From the NCBI RefSeq assembly GCF_009914755.1, contig NC_060926.1: DNA of 64,000 nt; one strand, 5' to 3'. Of the stretch, positions 1 to 11,092 are shown piece by piece. The notes beneath the pieces were generated by a model. The model was not told the DNA's origin. It saw only the letters and a list, made by a program, of their open reading frames with translations, and did no database searches. The stretch comes from the human T2T-CHM13v2.0 reference genome, Homo sapiens. A program made the translations under genes and the position numbers. Positions within the stretch are counted from its first letter, which is position 1. Each line of letters begins with the position of its first letter.

Positions 1-480
1 TTCCAAAGATTATGTATTTATTTTACTTTCTTTGAAAGCTAGTAAAGTTTGATTTTTTAAATATTTCTTAGTCATTAATATTTCTTCTTTTCTAAGTTAT
101 TCCTTCATGTTCTTTGATCAATGTTCTATTTGGAATTTTAAAATTTATTTGCAAGAGAGCTCTCCTATAATATTTACAAAATCAATAGTTTCCATATTTT
201 TATAACTATTTTTTCCTGCTTGTCATTTGTATTTTATCTTTGTTAATTTTTATTGTGTGGAAGCTTTCAAATTAGTCACATTTAAAAATATTTACTCTAA
301 TGGTTTCTACCTTTATTGACGTACTGATAAAGATCATCACTATCTCATGATTATATAAATATCTACTTACATTCTTTCACATGCTCTTATGCCTTTTGGG
401 TTTTTTAACATTTGAATCTTAGTCTACTTGAAATTTATTTTGGTATGACATATGAGAAAGAATTCTAACAGTGTTTGCCC
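1..480 (-). mobile_element. Ancient L1M (L1ME-like) ORF2/3' fragment, antisense
   Basis: T-rich degenerate sequence resembling antisense L1 ORF2 3' region (e.g. 'ttttaacatttgaatcttagtctacttgaaatttattttggtatga'); recognised by eye, boundaries approximate. Confidence 0.55.
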
Positions 481-619
481 CCAGATTTGGACATCTGTCC
501 CCAATGTATTAAATACCTTAAACATATGCCAGTTTATCTTATTTACTTGGGTCTATTTTGGGGCTTCCAATTTTGTGGACAGTTTAATTTTAAATTGGTC
601 ATTTGACTCCTAAAATTTT

Positions 620-2275
620 TAATTAATAAATGCGTGAAAGTAAAAGGCAGAAAACTGGAAAAAATTATTACAGCCACTATGACAGACAAATGGTTGACAA
701 CATTAATATGATAAATCATACAAGTCAACAAAAAACTACCAAAACGTCTTCGGGGAAGGTGGAAGATGGGTAAAGGATAAGCAGGGAAAATTCATAATAG
801 AAAAATAAATGACTACTGTAAACATGGTAAAGTGACATCCACCCTATAGTAGTCAAATAAATATGTTTAAAAAATTAGATAACACTTATTAAATTGTCCA
901 ATTAGCAAGGACTGTCTCATAAAGCAACTTTTAAAATCTCTTTAAAGTTAAGAATCTCAGGAGAAAGGCATTCTTACACTTCCCAGCAGGCATATAAATT
1001 GGAAGAATGATTTTTAAAAACAATCTGGCAATAGCAAACAAGAGTCATAAAACAGTATACATCCTTTGACTCAGCAATTTCCTTCAGACTCTAGCCTAGA
1101 AAATAATGTGGAATGTAGTAAAAGATTTATACACAAAGACATTCACCTTAGTTTTATTTAAATCAAAAATAGAAAGTAGGTTAAAAAATCCAGTAAAATA
1201 ATGAATATATAAATCATAGCATAACCACAGTATCAAATACTCTAGCTATTTAAAATAGTTATTTACAAACCTGTTTAACAACATGTGGAAAGTGTTACAA
1301 AGTTATGTGAATGAGGCAGGCCCAGTGTTGCTGGGGGGTTATGGGCAGGCCCTGGGGGTCTTCAGGGACCTCAGGGGCAGAAGGGGCTGGGGAGTGAGGG
1401 GCCGGCTGTGCTTCTCACGCAGGGCCCTCATTGGCACCTGGCCTTGGGCAGTGGCAAGTATGTGGGCCATCATGTCACACATGCTCCTGCACCTCCACAG
1501 CAGCTGGCAGGTGGACCAGGCCATCCTCCCAGGAGAGGACTGCATGGCTGTCATTCGCTTCGGCCACGGCTGGGACCCCACATGCATGAAAATGGATAAG
1601 GTCTTGTACAGCATCATTGAGAAGGTTAAAGATTTTGCAGTTATTTTTCTTGTGAATATTACCAAAGTACCTGACTTCAACAAAATGTATGAGTTATATG
1701 ATCCATGCACTATCATGTTTTTCTTCAGGAACAAGCACATCATGGTTGTCTTGGGGACTGGCAACAACAAGATTAACTGGGCCATGGAGGACAAGCAGGA
1801 GATGGTCGACATCATAGAGACCGTGGACTGTAGGGCCCTCAATGGTGGCGACCTGGTCTTGTCCCCAAAAACTACTCCACCAAGTCCAGATACTGAAGCG
1901 CCCTCAGGCTGTGTGGATAAATGTTGTGGAGGCCTTTTCATGTAGAAACCTTTTAAACTATTTCAAGCCTTTGGAAAAGTACATGAAGTCCAGGGCTGGA
2001 GGACTTCTGAGATACAATTTACTACATGGCCTTAACTAGCTGAAATAAACAAACACATGAAGAAAAATAATAACACTGATGTTAACTGAATGAAAGGAAG
2101 ATTTTAAAAGTGTATATATAGTTGCATCACAGTTGGTAAAAATGCATATAAAAAAATTTAAGTAAACACATAATGATCATCTCTGAGAATAAGATTATGG
2201 GTGATTATGATTTTCTTCATTCTTCATTTCCTTATTTCTAAAATACTTCACAGTATGTCTCTATCGTTTTTGTCT
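620..2275 (+). mobile_element. Ancient L1ME-like 3' end, split by the TXNL4A retrocopy (about 620-1314 and 2081-2275)
   Basis: L1M-like phrases 'aaacaatctggcaatagc', 'cctttgactcagcaatt', 'tatacacaaagacattcacc' continue after 2081 with 'atctctgagaataagattatgggtgattatgattttctt', the typical L1ME 3' terminus. Confidence 0.6.
1315..2080 (+). pseudogene. TXNL4AP1: Processed pseudogene of TXNL4A (Dim1/U5-15K); CDS-homologous part 1472-1896
   Basis: Translation from ATG 1472 (MSHMLLHLHSSWQVDQAIL...FGHGWDPTCMKMD...VPDFNKMYELYDPCT...KINWAMEDKQEMVDIIETV) is clearly Dim1, about 80% identical to TXNL4A as I recall it. Intronless, with GC-rich 5'UTR remnant (1315-1471), one lost Asn codon (GNNNK>GNNK), a 1-nt deletion after SPK (original tail YSTKSRY-TGA at 1894-1896 in another frame), AATAAA at 2044-2049 and an A-rich tail. 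Degenerate TSD gttatgtgaatga (1302-1314) / gttaactgaatga (2081-2093). The P1 symbol is from memory and less certain than the family call. Confidence 0.93.
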
Positions 2276-2879
2276 AGTTAGACGGGAATACAAATTGGGG
2301 AAAGGCCTGTGCTTTCAAAACGGGAAGAGCTATGAGCAAACAAATCGATGAGCTGGGAGAAGCAATAGAGAGAGGAAGAGGACAAAGGCTTAAAAGAAAG
2401 GAACAATGAATGTCACCAGGATCCTGCAGAAAAGAGACATCAAGAGAATAGGTAGAGAGACTTGTCTAGGAGGGACATCTTTCATTTGATACCTGTGAGG
2501 AGGAAGTACTGGAGAGGTGCAAATACAGATAGATTTATATGCAGGTAATGGGAGCAGAACATTCACTGAACTCGGAGATGTTCACTTTTATTACCTAAGT
2601 CAAGCATGAGGGAAGCTCATCAGCTGAGACTGAAATAGAACTTGAGAAGAATGATAAAGATTATGGAAACTGAATGGGAGCAGGAGCTAATTGAAAATAG
2701 GGAAAAGAACTATACCGGTATTTCTGTTTACCTAAACACATGTCAAGATCATGAAATCATTTTGTTTCAGGAACCAAATACAGTTACTATCTTCTTTACC
2801 AGAGAACAATTCTTTTAACATGTCTATGCCATATCTTGATTGATTGCTTGATTCATTGATTTAGATTCTTTGATTCATT

Positions 2880-3765
2880 CAACACTACTCTAGCGCTTAA
2901 CCAGGTCACTAATGCCCCCGACATTTGCAAATTCAGTGGTCAATTCACAGTCCTCATGTTATTTGACATTTGTTATGTGTTATAGTACACATTTAGGAAT
3001 CCTTCATTCTTGAAAATTATAATGTATTTGTTTCCAGGACACCACTCCACTGTACTATTAACCCTTCTTAGATGCCTTTGCTGGTACCTTTTCATCTATC
3101 TGATTATAAATGTTAAAATGCTCCAAGGGTCAGTCTTTGTGCCTCTTACATCCATTTATTCACAAGGTGATCTCATTCAGGCTCTTTTCTTTAAATATGT
3201 TTGTACACTGACAACTTACATATAACACACACACACACACACACCTGCAGATTCAATGTCTCACCTAAACTTCAGACTCAGTCAGAACTGCCTACTCTAC
3301 CTGAATGTCTATCAAACTGCCAAGAAGCAACCCCCACCCCAAGTACTCCTCATCCCCAAATTACCCATTTAACTAAACGGAAACTTCATTCATCAAGCTG
3401 TTCGGCTAAAAACCTTGGAATCATCAACGGGTCTCCATTTCTTTTTGCCCACTTCAAATAGAGCTGCAAATTCTATTTACCCTGTTTTCAAAATACACCA
3501 GGATCTAATCACTTCTCTCCACTTTCATTCTAGTTTAAGCCACAGTCATTTCTCCTCTGGAATGCCTTGGTCCCCGCCGAAGGGACCTTCTCCGTCATCT
3601 GTTAAGCCCCTGCAATCTGTTCTCCCCATTGTAATGGGAGTGATTCCTTAAAAACAAACGTAAGTTAGATCATGTCACTCTTCTGCTCACAAGTCTCTAA
3701 TGACTTCGTATTTCACTTAGAGTAAAAATCAAAGTCTTTATGAAGACCTTAAGGCCCTACCTGAT
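2880..3765 (+). mobile_element. LINE-2 (L2a-like) fragment
   Basis: L2 phrases 'caaattcagtggtcaattcacagtcctcat', 'ggtgatctcattcag', 'aaaaaccttggaatcatc', 'gatcatgtcactcttctgctca', 'cacttagagtaaaaatcaaagtc'; short (CA)n at 3225-3244 inside. Confidence 0.75.
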
Positions 3766-4845
3766 TAGGCTTCCTGGGAAGAGGGCAGAGAGCAGGAGGA
3801 TCTTCTGCCTAGGTTTCCACATGGGAGACAATTTCTCTAAACACTATACCTAATGGGGGCTTCCTCAAATAGAAGTTCAATGTTTGTCCTAGGTACGGTT
3901 TCCTAAAGTTCTCTTATCTAACTAGTAAGACTAAGAAAGTGACTGAATAAAATAAATATCTAAATAAAAGCTCACATTTTTAAACATGAAATTTCAGAAA
4001 TATTAGTTGTTCCTTTCAGAATATAATATACTGTACTCTAATTGCCATTCTCTCATCTCATTTTACTTTTCAAAAGATATGCACCAACGGACCAGTGTGG
4101 TTTATGGAAGATTTTTTTCCCTTTTTCTTCATTAGTAACAAAATCCCAGAAGTATGATTTCCAGATTCTCTTCAAGAAACAAACATCTGATGTGTCCCAA
4201 ATGTTGCTTTCCAATCTTTTACACATTGTGTAAAAGCTTCATTGTGAATAACACTAGGCATTTTCAATGTTCTGTTGAAAATCGAAGAAGGACAAATATC
4301 TGTCCTTATATATTCACAAACAGAAAGCTCTCAATTTCAGAAAAGCAACCCAACTGCCCACCTTTTCATTGTCTCCTATTGAAATACTAAATTGTATCAT
4401 TGTTATTGTGCATAGTGTTTATTATTATAATCAATGAAAGCAAGTAACTGAAAGTAGCACAAAGTGACATAAGAACATTGATCTACAATTTGGCAAAATA
4501 GAGAATTGTTTCTTGAATTTCATGATATATTGTTTGCCAATTTCCCATTTCACCCTGTAGACTCACCAGGTATATATTAAAAGGCAATTTCTTATCTACT
4601 TATGTAATCTCTCAACTTTCACTTTCACATATTAAAGCAGAATAAATCCATGAAGTTTTCTTAAACTACATGCAAATAATAAAAGTGAGCCAGTATCAAA
4701 ACCATTAATTTCACTCCAAATGTAATCACATGAAATAATTGGTCTGAGTCACCCACCTCTAAGTTAAAGATCAAGAGAATGTAAATCAAAGGCAGAAAAA
4801 TCAGAGGTCAGCAACAAAACACCGGGGAAGAAAGCCAGAGCTTAA

Positions 4846-4883
4846 CTGTGTGTGAGTAGACATCACTGTCTGTGTGTGTAACC

Positions 4884-4915
<32 letters not shown>

Positions 4916-5360
4916 CAATCTGAATGGGTCTATGTGGTTATGTTCACATGACTGGCTGTGTGTGTGTCTGCATAGGTATGTGTGCATGTCAGCTTGAGCA
5001 TGTGCATGTGTGTCTGTGTGTGTGCATGCATGTTGGCCTGCAGGAGACAACGTGAGTTTATGTGTGTCAATCTGAGAAAGAGAAAGTTCATGCGCATACG
5101 CAATTTTCCCCTTGGAAAAGTGGGTAGAACACTGTTGGCTACACAAACTTTTATGTTGTGTAGGTGTGTCAGCCTGAGCAAGAGTGTGTGTGTTTATGTA
5201 TGTGTCAGCTCAAACAAGCAACCATGTATGGGGAGAAGGGAGAAGACTGTGTGTGGCAGACTGAATGTGTGTGAATGTGTGTGTGTAGTATGTTGCATGT
5301 GTGTAATATGTTGTGTGTGTCAGCCCAAGTGAGTGTGTGCATGTGTGGGTGTGCATATAT
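4846..5360. repeat. Degenerate (TG)n-rich low-complexity tract, pure core about 4887-4915
   Basis: About 500 bp of interrupted TG repeats read directly; explains the His/Thr- and Cys/Val-rich spurious ORFs. Confidence 0.9.
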
Positions 5361-5983
5361 CAGCATCTATCTGGGAGGAGGAACTAGAGAGACTTTTTAT
5401 TTCCCTGGATCCTATGTGGTAGGAGAGATTTCTTAAAAAACCATACAAGTGCAGTTTTATTAAAATTTGCCTTTCCGACATAATGACAGGTCCCTCCAAG
5501 TATGTTAATTAACCTCAGTAGAAATTAGGTGTGAAAATATCCTAAAATGATTTAGCAGCAGGGCATGGAGGATTCAGTCAATTTAAACATTGCCACTTTA
5601 TAAGTTAGCAGAATGCTATTTTTCTTTCAGTTTAAAATAACCTGATATAATTAACTAATTTTTCCTTCACTAAGTGGCTCTTTAAATCAGTATTACAACT
5701 GATGTCTCTCAATTAAACATCATTTTATTTTAAATTAAGGTTTAACAGATAATTTCTGAACAATCATGATTAATCTCTCGCTAGAGTGTTAATATTACAC
5801 ATAATCATAAAATACAACATTGCTAGAAACGTTTCAGCTTTCAAAACTAAGTACCACGAAGCACTGACACGGTATGCTGGACTACAACTTGATTTTTGAT
5901 TCCCACAACACACTTCCGGTCAGTTCGTTCGGCCTCACTATCCAGAGCTGACTAGGAGGAAACACATCACACAAGTGACTCAC

Positions 5984-6076
5984 CGTCTGTCTACTCAATG
6001 GAAAGAAGAATAGAAAGGTTCTCATCCTCAGTGCTGGCCCTAATGCTCATCAGATTTTATAAAACCCAAGATAAAC
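5984..6076 (-). other. Candidate alternative/cryptic 93-nt 5'UTR cassette exon of the host gene
   Basis: Minus strand: 'tttgatgtttttccag|GTTTATC...CAGACG|gtgagt'. Good acceptor and donor in non-repeat sequence; no transcript evidence available. Confidence 0.3.
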
Positions 6077-6257
6077 CTGGAAAAACATCAAACTAGTCCA
6101 GGGGAGCTGCTCTTCCCCAGAGTGCCAGTTCCAATGGCCTCTTCACTGGGTAGAAAGTAACTAAGGTAGGCTTTCTTTTTGGAATTCGGCTATTATTTTG
6201 GTGTTTTTTTGCCAATACCTCATAGATATATATGTATAAATATGTGCATGTTTATAA

Positions 6258-6259
<2 letters not shown>

Positions 6260-6296
<37 letters not shown>
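6260..6296. repeat. (CA)n microsatellite, about 18 units
   Basis: Pure alternating CA run read directly. Confidence 0.95.
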
Positions 6297-6298
<2 letters not shown>

Positions 6299-6422
6299 TT
6301 ACTCCACAAAATAGAACTTAATGTCACCTTGCTTTATTTTTCTAAATCAAATAAAGTATGACTCCGAGTATCCATTTGCTAACAGTGTTATTTGGTATTC
6401 CATACCCTTTCCTGCTCTGGCC

Positions 6423-6946
6423 CTGTGAGAGCACCAGGAAATTCAGCAAACTTGAGAAGGGACTTATGGCTTTCAATATGTTGTGGTCACCATTGAGATG
6501 CTGGTTTTCAAACCCCAAGGACAGGTGGGTGGCTCCACTTCCGAGCCAGTGCAGACCTTGGAATCTTTAAGTGCCTGGAACACAGTGGCCTCCCTCATGA
6601 CATCACCTCCCCCTCTACCACATCATCCATCTATCACCCACAGACCCTAGCACTTCCTGGGATGCCCCACAGGATTCAGAGTGGACCTGCCACTGTGCTT
6701 CATAATCCAAAACTCTGGGTGAGACCTTTCCACCCCTTCCAAGCCTTGAAACTTCATTCCTTCTTGGCCAACCTAATTCAATGCTGTCCCAGAAGATAAA
6801 TACAGACAATCTTTACTTTTCCCCTTGGAAAGATGGGCAGAACACTGTGAGGTGCTCAGGCCCTCCGAAAGTTGAGGATGGGCTTATGGCTTTCAGTCTG
6901 TCATAGTCACTATTGAGATGATGGTGTCCAAACCTCAAGGACAGGT
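6423..6946 (+). repeat. Diverged local direct duplication; cores 6452-6526 and 6872-6946
   Basis: Manual ungapped alignment of the 75-nt cores gives 62/75 identical; weaker similarity extends to 'ctgtgag' at 6423 and 6845. Confidence 0.85.
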
Positions 6947-7379
6947 CAAAGGTCTTTTGGCCTCTCCTTTCTGGGAGGATGGGGAAAAGGTACATTTTAG
7001 TCCACAGCAGCCATGTTGTCAAATTCTATTATTACACTATTTTTGCCTTGGTTTACAGACTTTCTGGACACACTGTAGTATACGATTGTATTATACTTTT
7101 TTCATATTAACAATTAGACATATTGCACGAGGTACTTCCCCTAACAAGATGTCTGGAGATAGATCGAAATCATAGCACATTTTAAAAAAATGTCATTAGC
7201 ACACTGTCAAAAATAAGTTTATCTTATGTTTCCAGACTTTTCAAACACCCTTAGAATGTTTATGTATGTACATGAGAATATATGTGTGTATATGTGTGTG
7301 TGTATATACATATATTTATTTATATACTACTCAAATTTTTTTCATTGATGTGTTTTCTTAAGTGGTAAGAATTTTTTAA

Positions 7380-7990
7380 AATAAAAGTTTGATAATTTTC
7401 TATAATACCTACTTAAAAATCTCTTTTCCAGTTTACTATGTACCTTTGGTTTTGTTAATGTGGAATAACACGTAGATTTCATTACTTAATTTTTAAGTAT
7501 ATTTGCATAAAGGTATTTGCATAATTTGTAATCTTCTTTGACTCTGACTATAGCCCTTTTCTCATTTCTAAATTTGTTGATTTGTATTTTCTCTTTCTCC
7601 TTCTCTTTTTAAAATTTAGTTTACCAAATGTTCATATCATTGTTTGATTTTAAACCAGGCTTAGTCAGTTCTATTGTTTTTCCATCTTCTAACATTAAAT
7701 TCTGTGTTCTATCTTTACTCTTAACATACTCTTATCTGCCTAAGTTCTGTTTATTGGTATTACTTTGTTTCAGGATTTTTTTTCCTCCCAATTGTCTAGA
7801 ATTTAATGTTTCACTCATTTTCAAATTATATTTTTAAATAATGAAATCTCATAGGGTGATGAATTTTTCTATAAATATGCATTTGTCTGCCAAGAATAAT
7901 TTTGACATGAAACTTACTTCTTTGATTATTTTCTTAAAAGGCTATAATTGTATTTTTTATTTCCTCACTTACTATAAGGAATTTCCTTAT
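7380..7990 (-). mobile_element. Ancient L1M ORF2 fragment, antisense
   Basis: T-rich; 'ctcatttctaaatttgttgatttgtattttctctttc' and 'gatgaatttttctataaatatgcatttgtctgc' resemble antisense L1 ORF2. Confidence 0.55.
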
Positions 7991-10740
7991 AGTAATGAAT
8001 TTCAAGGGTTTTACAAGAGAAGATAAATGGTGGATGTTTGCTTTTTCTTGTAAATATTCTAAGTCAGAAAAAGGAGTTTTGTAAATGGAAGTTCTAGCTA
8101 AGACATTAAAACCTTAATGACATTATTAGCTATTGGTAAGTCTACACTTACTATGCCACATTTATTTTTCATATTCCTATTCTAGAAATAATGCTAAAAT
8201 TTCCTATTTGTGCACTTCAGAGCAACCTATCAAAACTAATAAAATTTGAATGGAACTTTTGGCAAAAGTTTTCAATGAATACTTTTTTCTTTTTCCTACT
8301 CAAAGTACATATTAAAGAAAAATTGCCAATCTTTACAGGTAGCCCTCAAATCTTCCTGCAGCTGACCAGTGGACACAAACTCCCAACTGTCAGGGCACAG
8401 GGAATTCTCTCTCCTGTTGCCATGCCCTCCTCTCTTTCCAACTATCTATACCACTTCTTAAGTAGTCATCATAAATGGAGTCATTTGGGGGCAGTTGAAA
8501 AGATCTTTGTGAGTGAATTTCTTTAAAGCCATTTAATATCAGAAATGCTCATATTACCCATTAAAAATGTCCTCTCAGACAGTTGGATTCCCTCCAACAA
8601 AGGATGCAGTGGGGAGTTCAGGAGGTTGAGAACAACGTAGGAGCTGCAGAGAAAATAAATAAAGCCTCCAAATGAGAGTTCCGTTCTTTTACATTTTATA
8701 CCACACCCCTTGGTTTAAAAGCCATAAATAAAACTAAAAACAATACTCTCGAGTAATGACTTTTACTTTTGGTAAGGACACTTCACAGTTTCCCAGGAGA
8801 TTCTTCAGGCCTATGACAGAGATCTAAATAAGAAGCAATTTTAAGATGTCATTCCTTATCTAGCCATTTTACCAAGACGTGCTTTACCCAAGATAGACTA
8901 AATGACACCTGTTTCCCCTCTTAGTATATGTCAGATAAACTAGCATTCTCAGTTCTGCCTTGACTATAGATTGCAGAATATGATTAATGATATATCCAAG
9001 CAGAAGTCCCCAAGGAAAACATCATCTCTTAATTCTGATTATCCTAATGAAATGGTACAGTTCATAATTCATTAATCTGACTGCAGTGACAAAAATAGGA
9101 TGCAAGAAAAAAGAGTACTTCTATAGTGTCCAAAGAGACAAAGCTGAGATAATTCATTAGCAATAGCATATGCTTAAAATTCACTATGTTCTGCTGCATA
9201 GTGCAAGGTTTTCTGTAAAAAAGTAAAAGCAAGAAACACATTATGTTCCTCTTTTTGAAGAAAATGATCACCTTCAAAGAAGCCAACAGAACTCTTATTT
9301 AAAATATTCTTGTTTCTCCATGAAAAAAATTTCCTACACAATAGGTTCCTAAAATACAAATTTTATTAAGGCAATAAGTTAAATAGGAGTCCATTGAGCA
9401 CAGGCTTTTGTCCTTCTTTTTCTTAGCCTTCCCTTAGAGGTAGATTGCCTGTCAACTTATTAACCACACATTTTCCAAGTGGGAGGTCATTTCACTGTTT
9501 AGTTTCTTAAATTAGCAGAGCTTAATACATCACTTCACCCAAAACTAGCTGTTATAAAAGGCAATACACTAACGTGTAAAACATTTATTTTGCTAAAGTA
9601 CTTTAACATTCAAAAATAAATACTACCATTTAATGATGGTAATAATGATGAAAATTATAATATTATATCTGATTCAACATATTCTTAATTATCAGCAGCA
9701 ACAGCAGCAACATAGACCTTGGTGGTCAACAGAGTCTGATGGAGTCCTGCACTCACCGAAAGTGCCACTCCTAAGCTGTGGAGGACATTTGCACTGTGAA
9801 TGTCATCTCCACATCATGAACCTAAAGACCCTCCCTAGACTTTTGAATTTTAATTTGTAACTGAGGCTGGCATGTGTTTACCATTTGGGTATAGAGGTAG
9901 CAAACCTACACATCTCCCCCTTAAGTGAAAGGCCAAAGAGCCCAGATCATTAAGCCTTAAAAAATGACGTCATTGGAATACCTTTTTCCATTCTAAAGAA
10001 TTATTCTTTGCACACAAAAATAAACACATAATAATAGGAATTCTGTGCTTATGGGAGTAAGCCATCCATTACATATAAGGCATACCAGTCCTGGACTTTT
10101 TGTAGAAATTTTCTGTAAAAACAGCTATAAAGATGTCAAAGTTCTATTAGTTATTATATAACTCTGACCGTTGTGAGGGATACAAAGCAGATTTCAGGCT
10201 TTGTTTGGAAATTTTCATCTAAAGATGGGTTCTCTTCTTTTCGGAGGGGAGAAAAACAGTAAGTGTTCAAGAGCTCAAAATTCACGCTGAATCAAAGATA
10301 ACTTTGCACTGGTCAGAAAGTTCTAGCCGAAAAAATATTCCAATTCACTAACCTTGATTCCATGAGTGAGATAAAGCAGTTGAGGTGATAAAAAGTGAGA
10401 CCTACTCTTCTGCCTGGGTCTTATCCCCCCATATCAAATTCTTCAGTTACCATAAAATACCACATAGAACTGCTATGCTGTATTACAAAGCTGCAGCACA
10501 AGTTTCACAAACAGGTGAATTTTAGTTCTAGATAAAAAGATGAAAATGTTTGCTGTGTCTCAACATAGCAAGTTTAATTTTATACCTACTTTTCTTTTCC
10601 AGGCTATCCAAGGCCACAAAGCTGAGCTCATTTATAAATCCTCCTTTGCCTTTTGTCAAAATTTGGTTCACTATCAAGTAACATTTTCCTTAACACAAAT
10701 TTTTATTTGTTCCCATTTTTTCTCTTAGTACAGAATACTA

Positions 10741-10914
10741 ATCTACCTAAGTTCTGTTTATTGGTATTACTTTGTTTCAGGATTTTTTTTCCTCCCAATT
10801 GTCTAGAATTTAATGTTTCACTCATTTTCAAATTATATTTTTAAATAATAAAATCCTGTAGGATGATGAATTTTCCTATAAATATGCATTTGTCTGCCAA
10901 GAATAATTTTGACA
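10741..10914 (+). repeat. 174-bp near-identical copy of 7734-7907
   Basis: Manual comparison: 167/174 identical, no gaps, including a 104-nt perfect run (7739-7842); the same peptide LPKFCLLVLLCFRIFFPPNCLEFNVSLIFKLYF appears in both ORF-track entries. Confidence 0.95.
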
Positions 10915-11092
10915 GAGGCATTCTTAGACAACTTTTCTTATATTTTACTGTTCATTCTTCTCTACCTCCATGACCCAACATCCAACTCTAAGATCTTCCT
11001 CTGTCAATCATTGAAATAGCATGTCATTCTTCTCAAAAATGATGGTTTCCAAATATTTGCAAACACAATGGTTTGCAGTTATTTTTAAGTCT

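Noticed and set aside
4808-5332. His/Thr- and Cys/Val-rich ORFs
   Set aside because: Translations of the TG/CA tract.
6580-6850. CACAGTG/CACTGTG heptamers resembling V(D)J signals
   Set aside because: No nonamer at 12/23 spacing; common by chance.
9692-9710. Short CAG/CAA run giving poly-Gln in an ORF
   Set aside because: Six triplets, intronic and antisense to the host, no exon context.
6423-10914. CRISPR-like or other prokaryotic repeat system suggested by the direct repeats
   Set aside because: Only pairs of repeats, no repeat-spacer array, no cas-like ORFs; the DNA is clearly primate.
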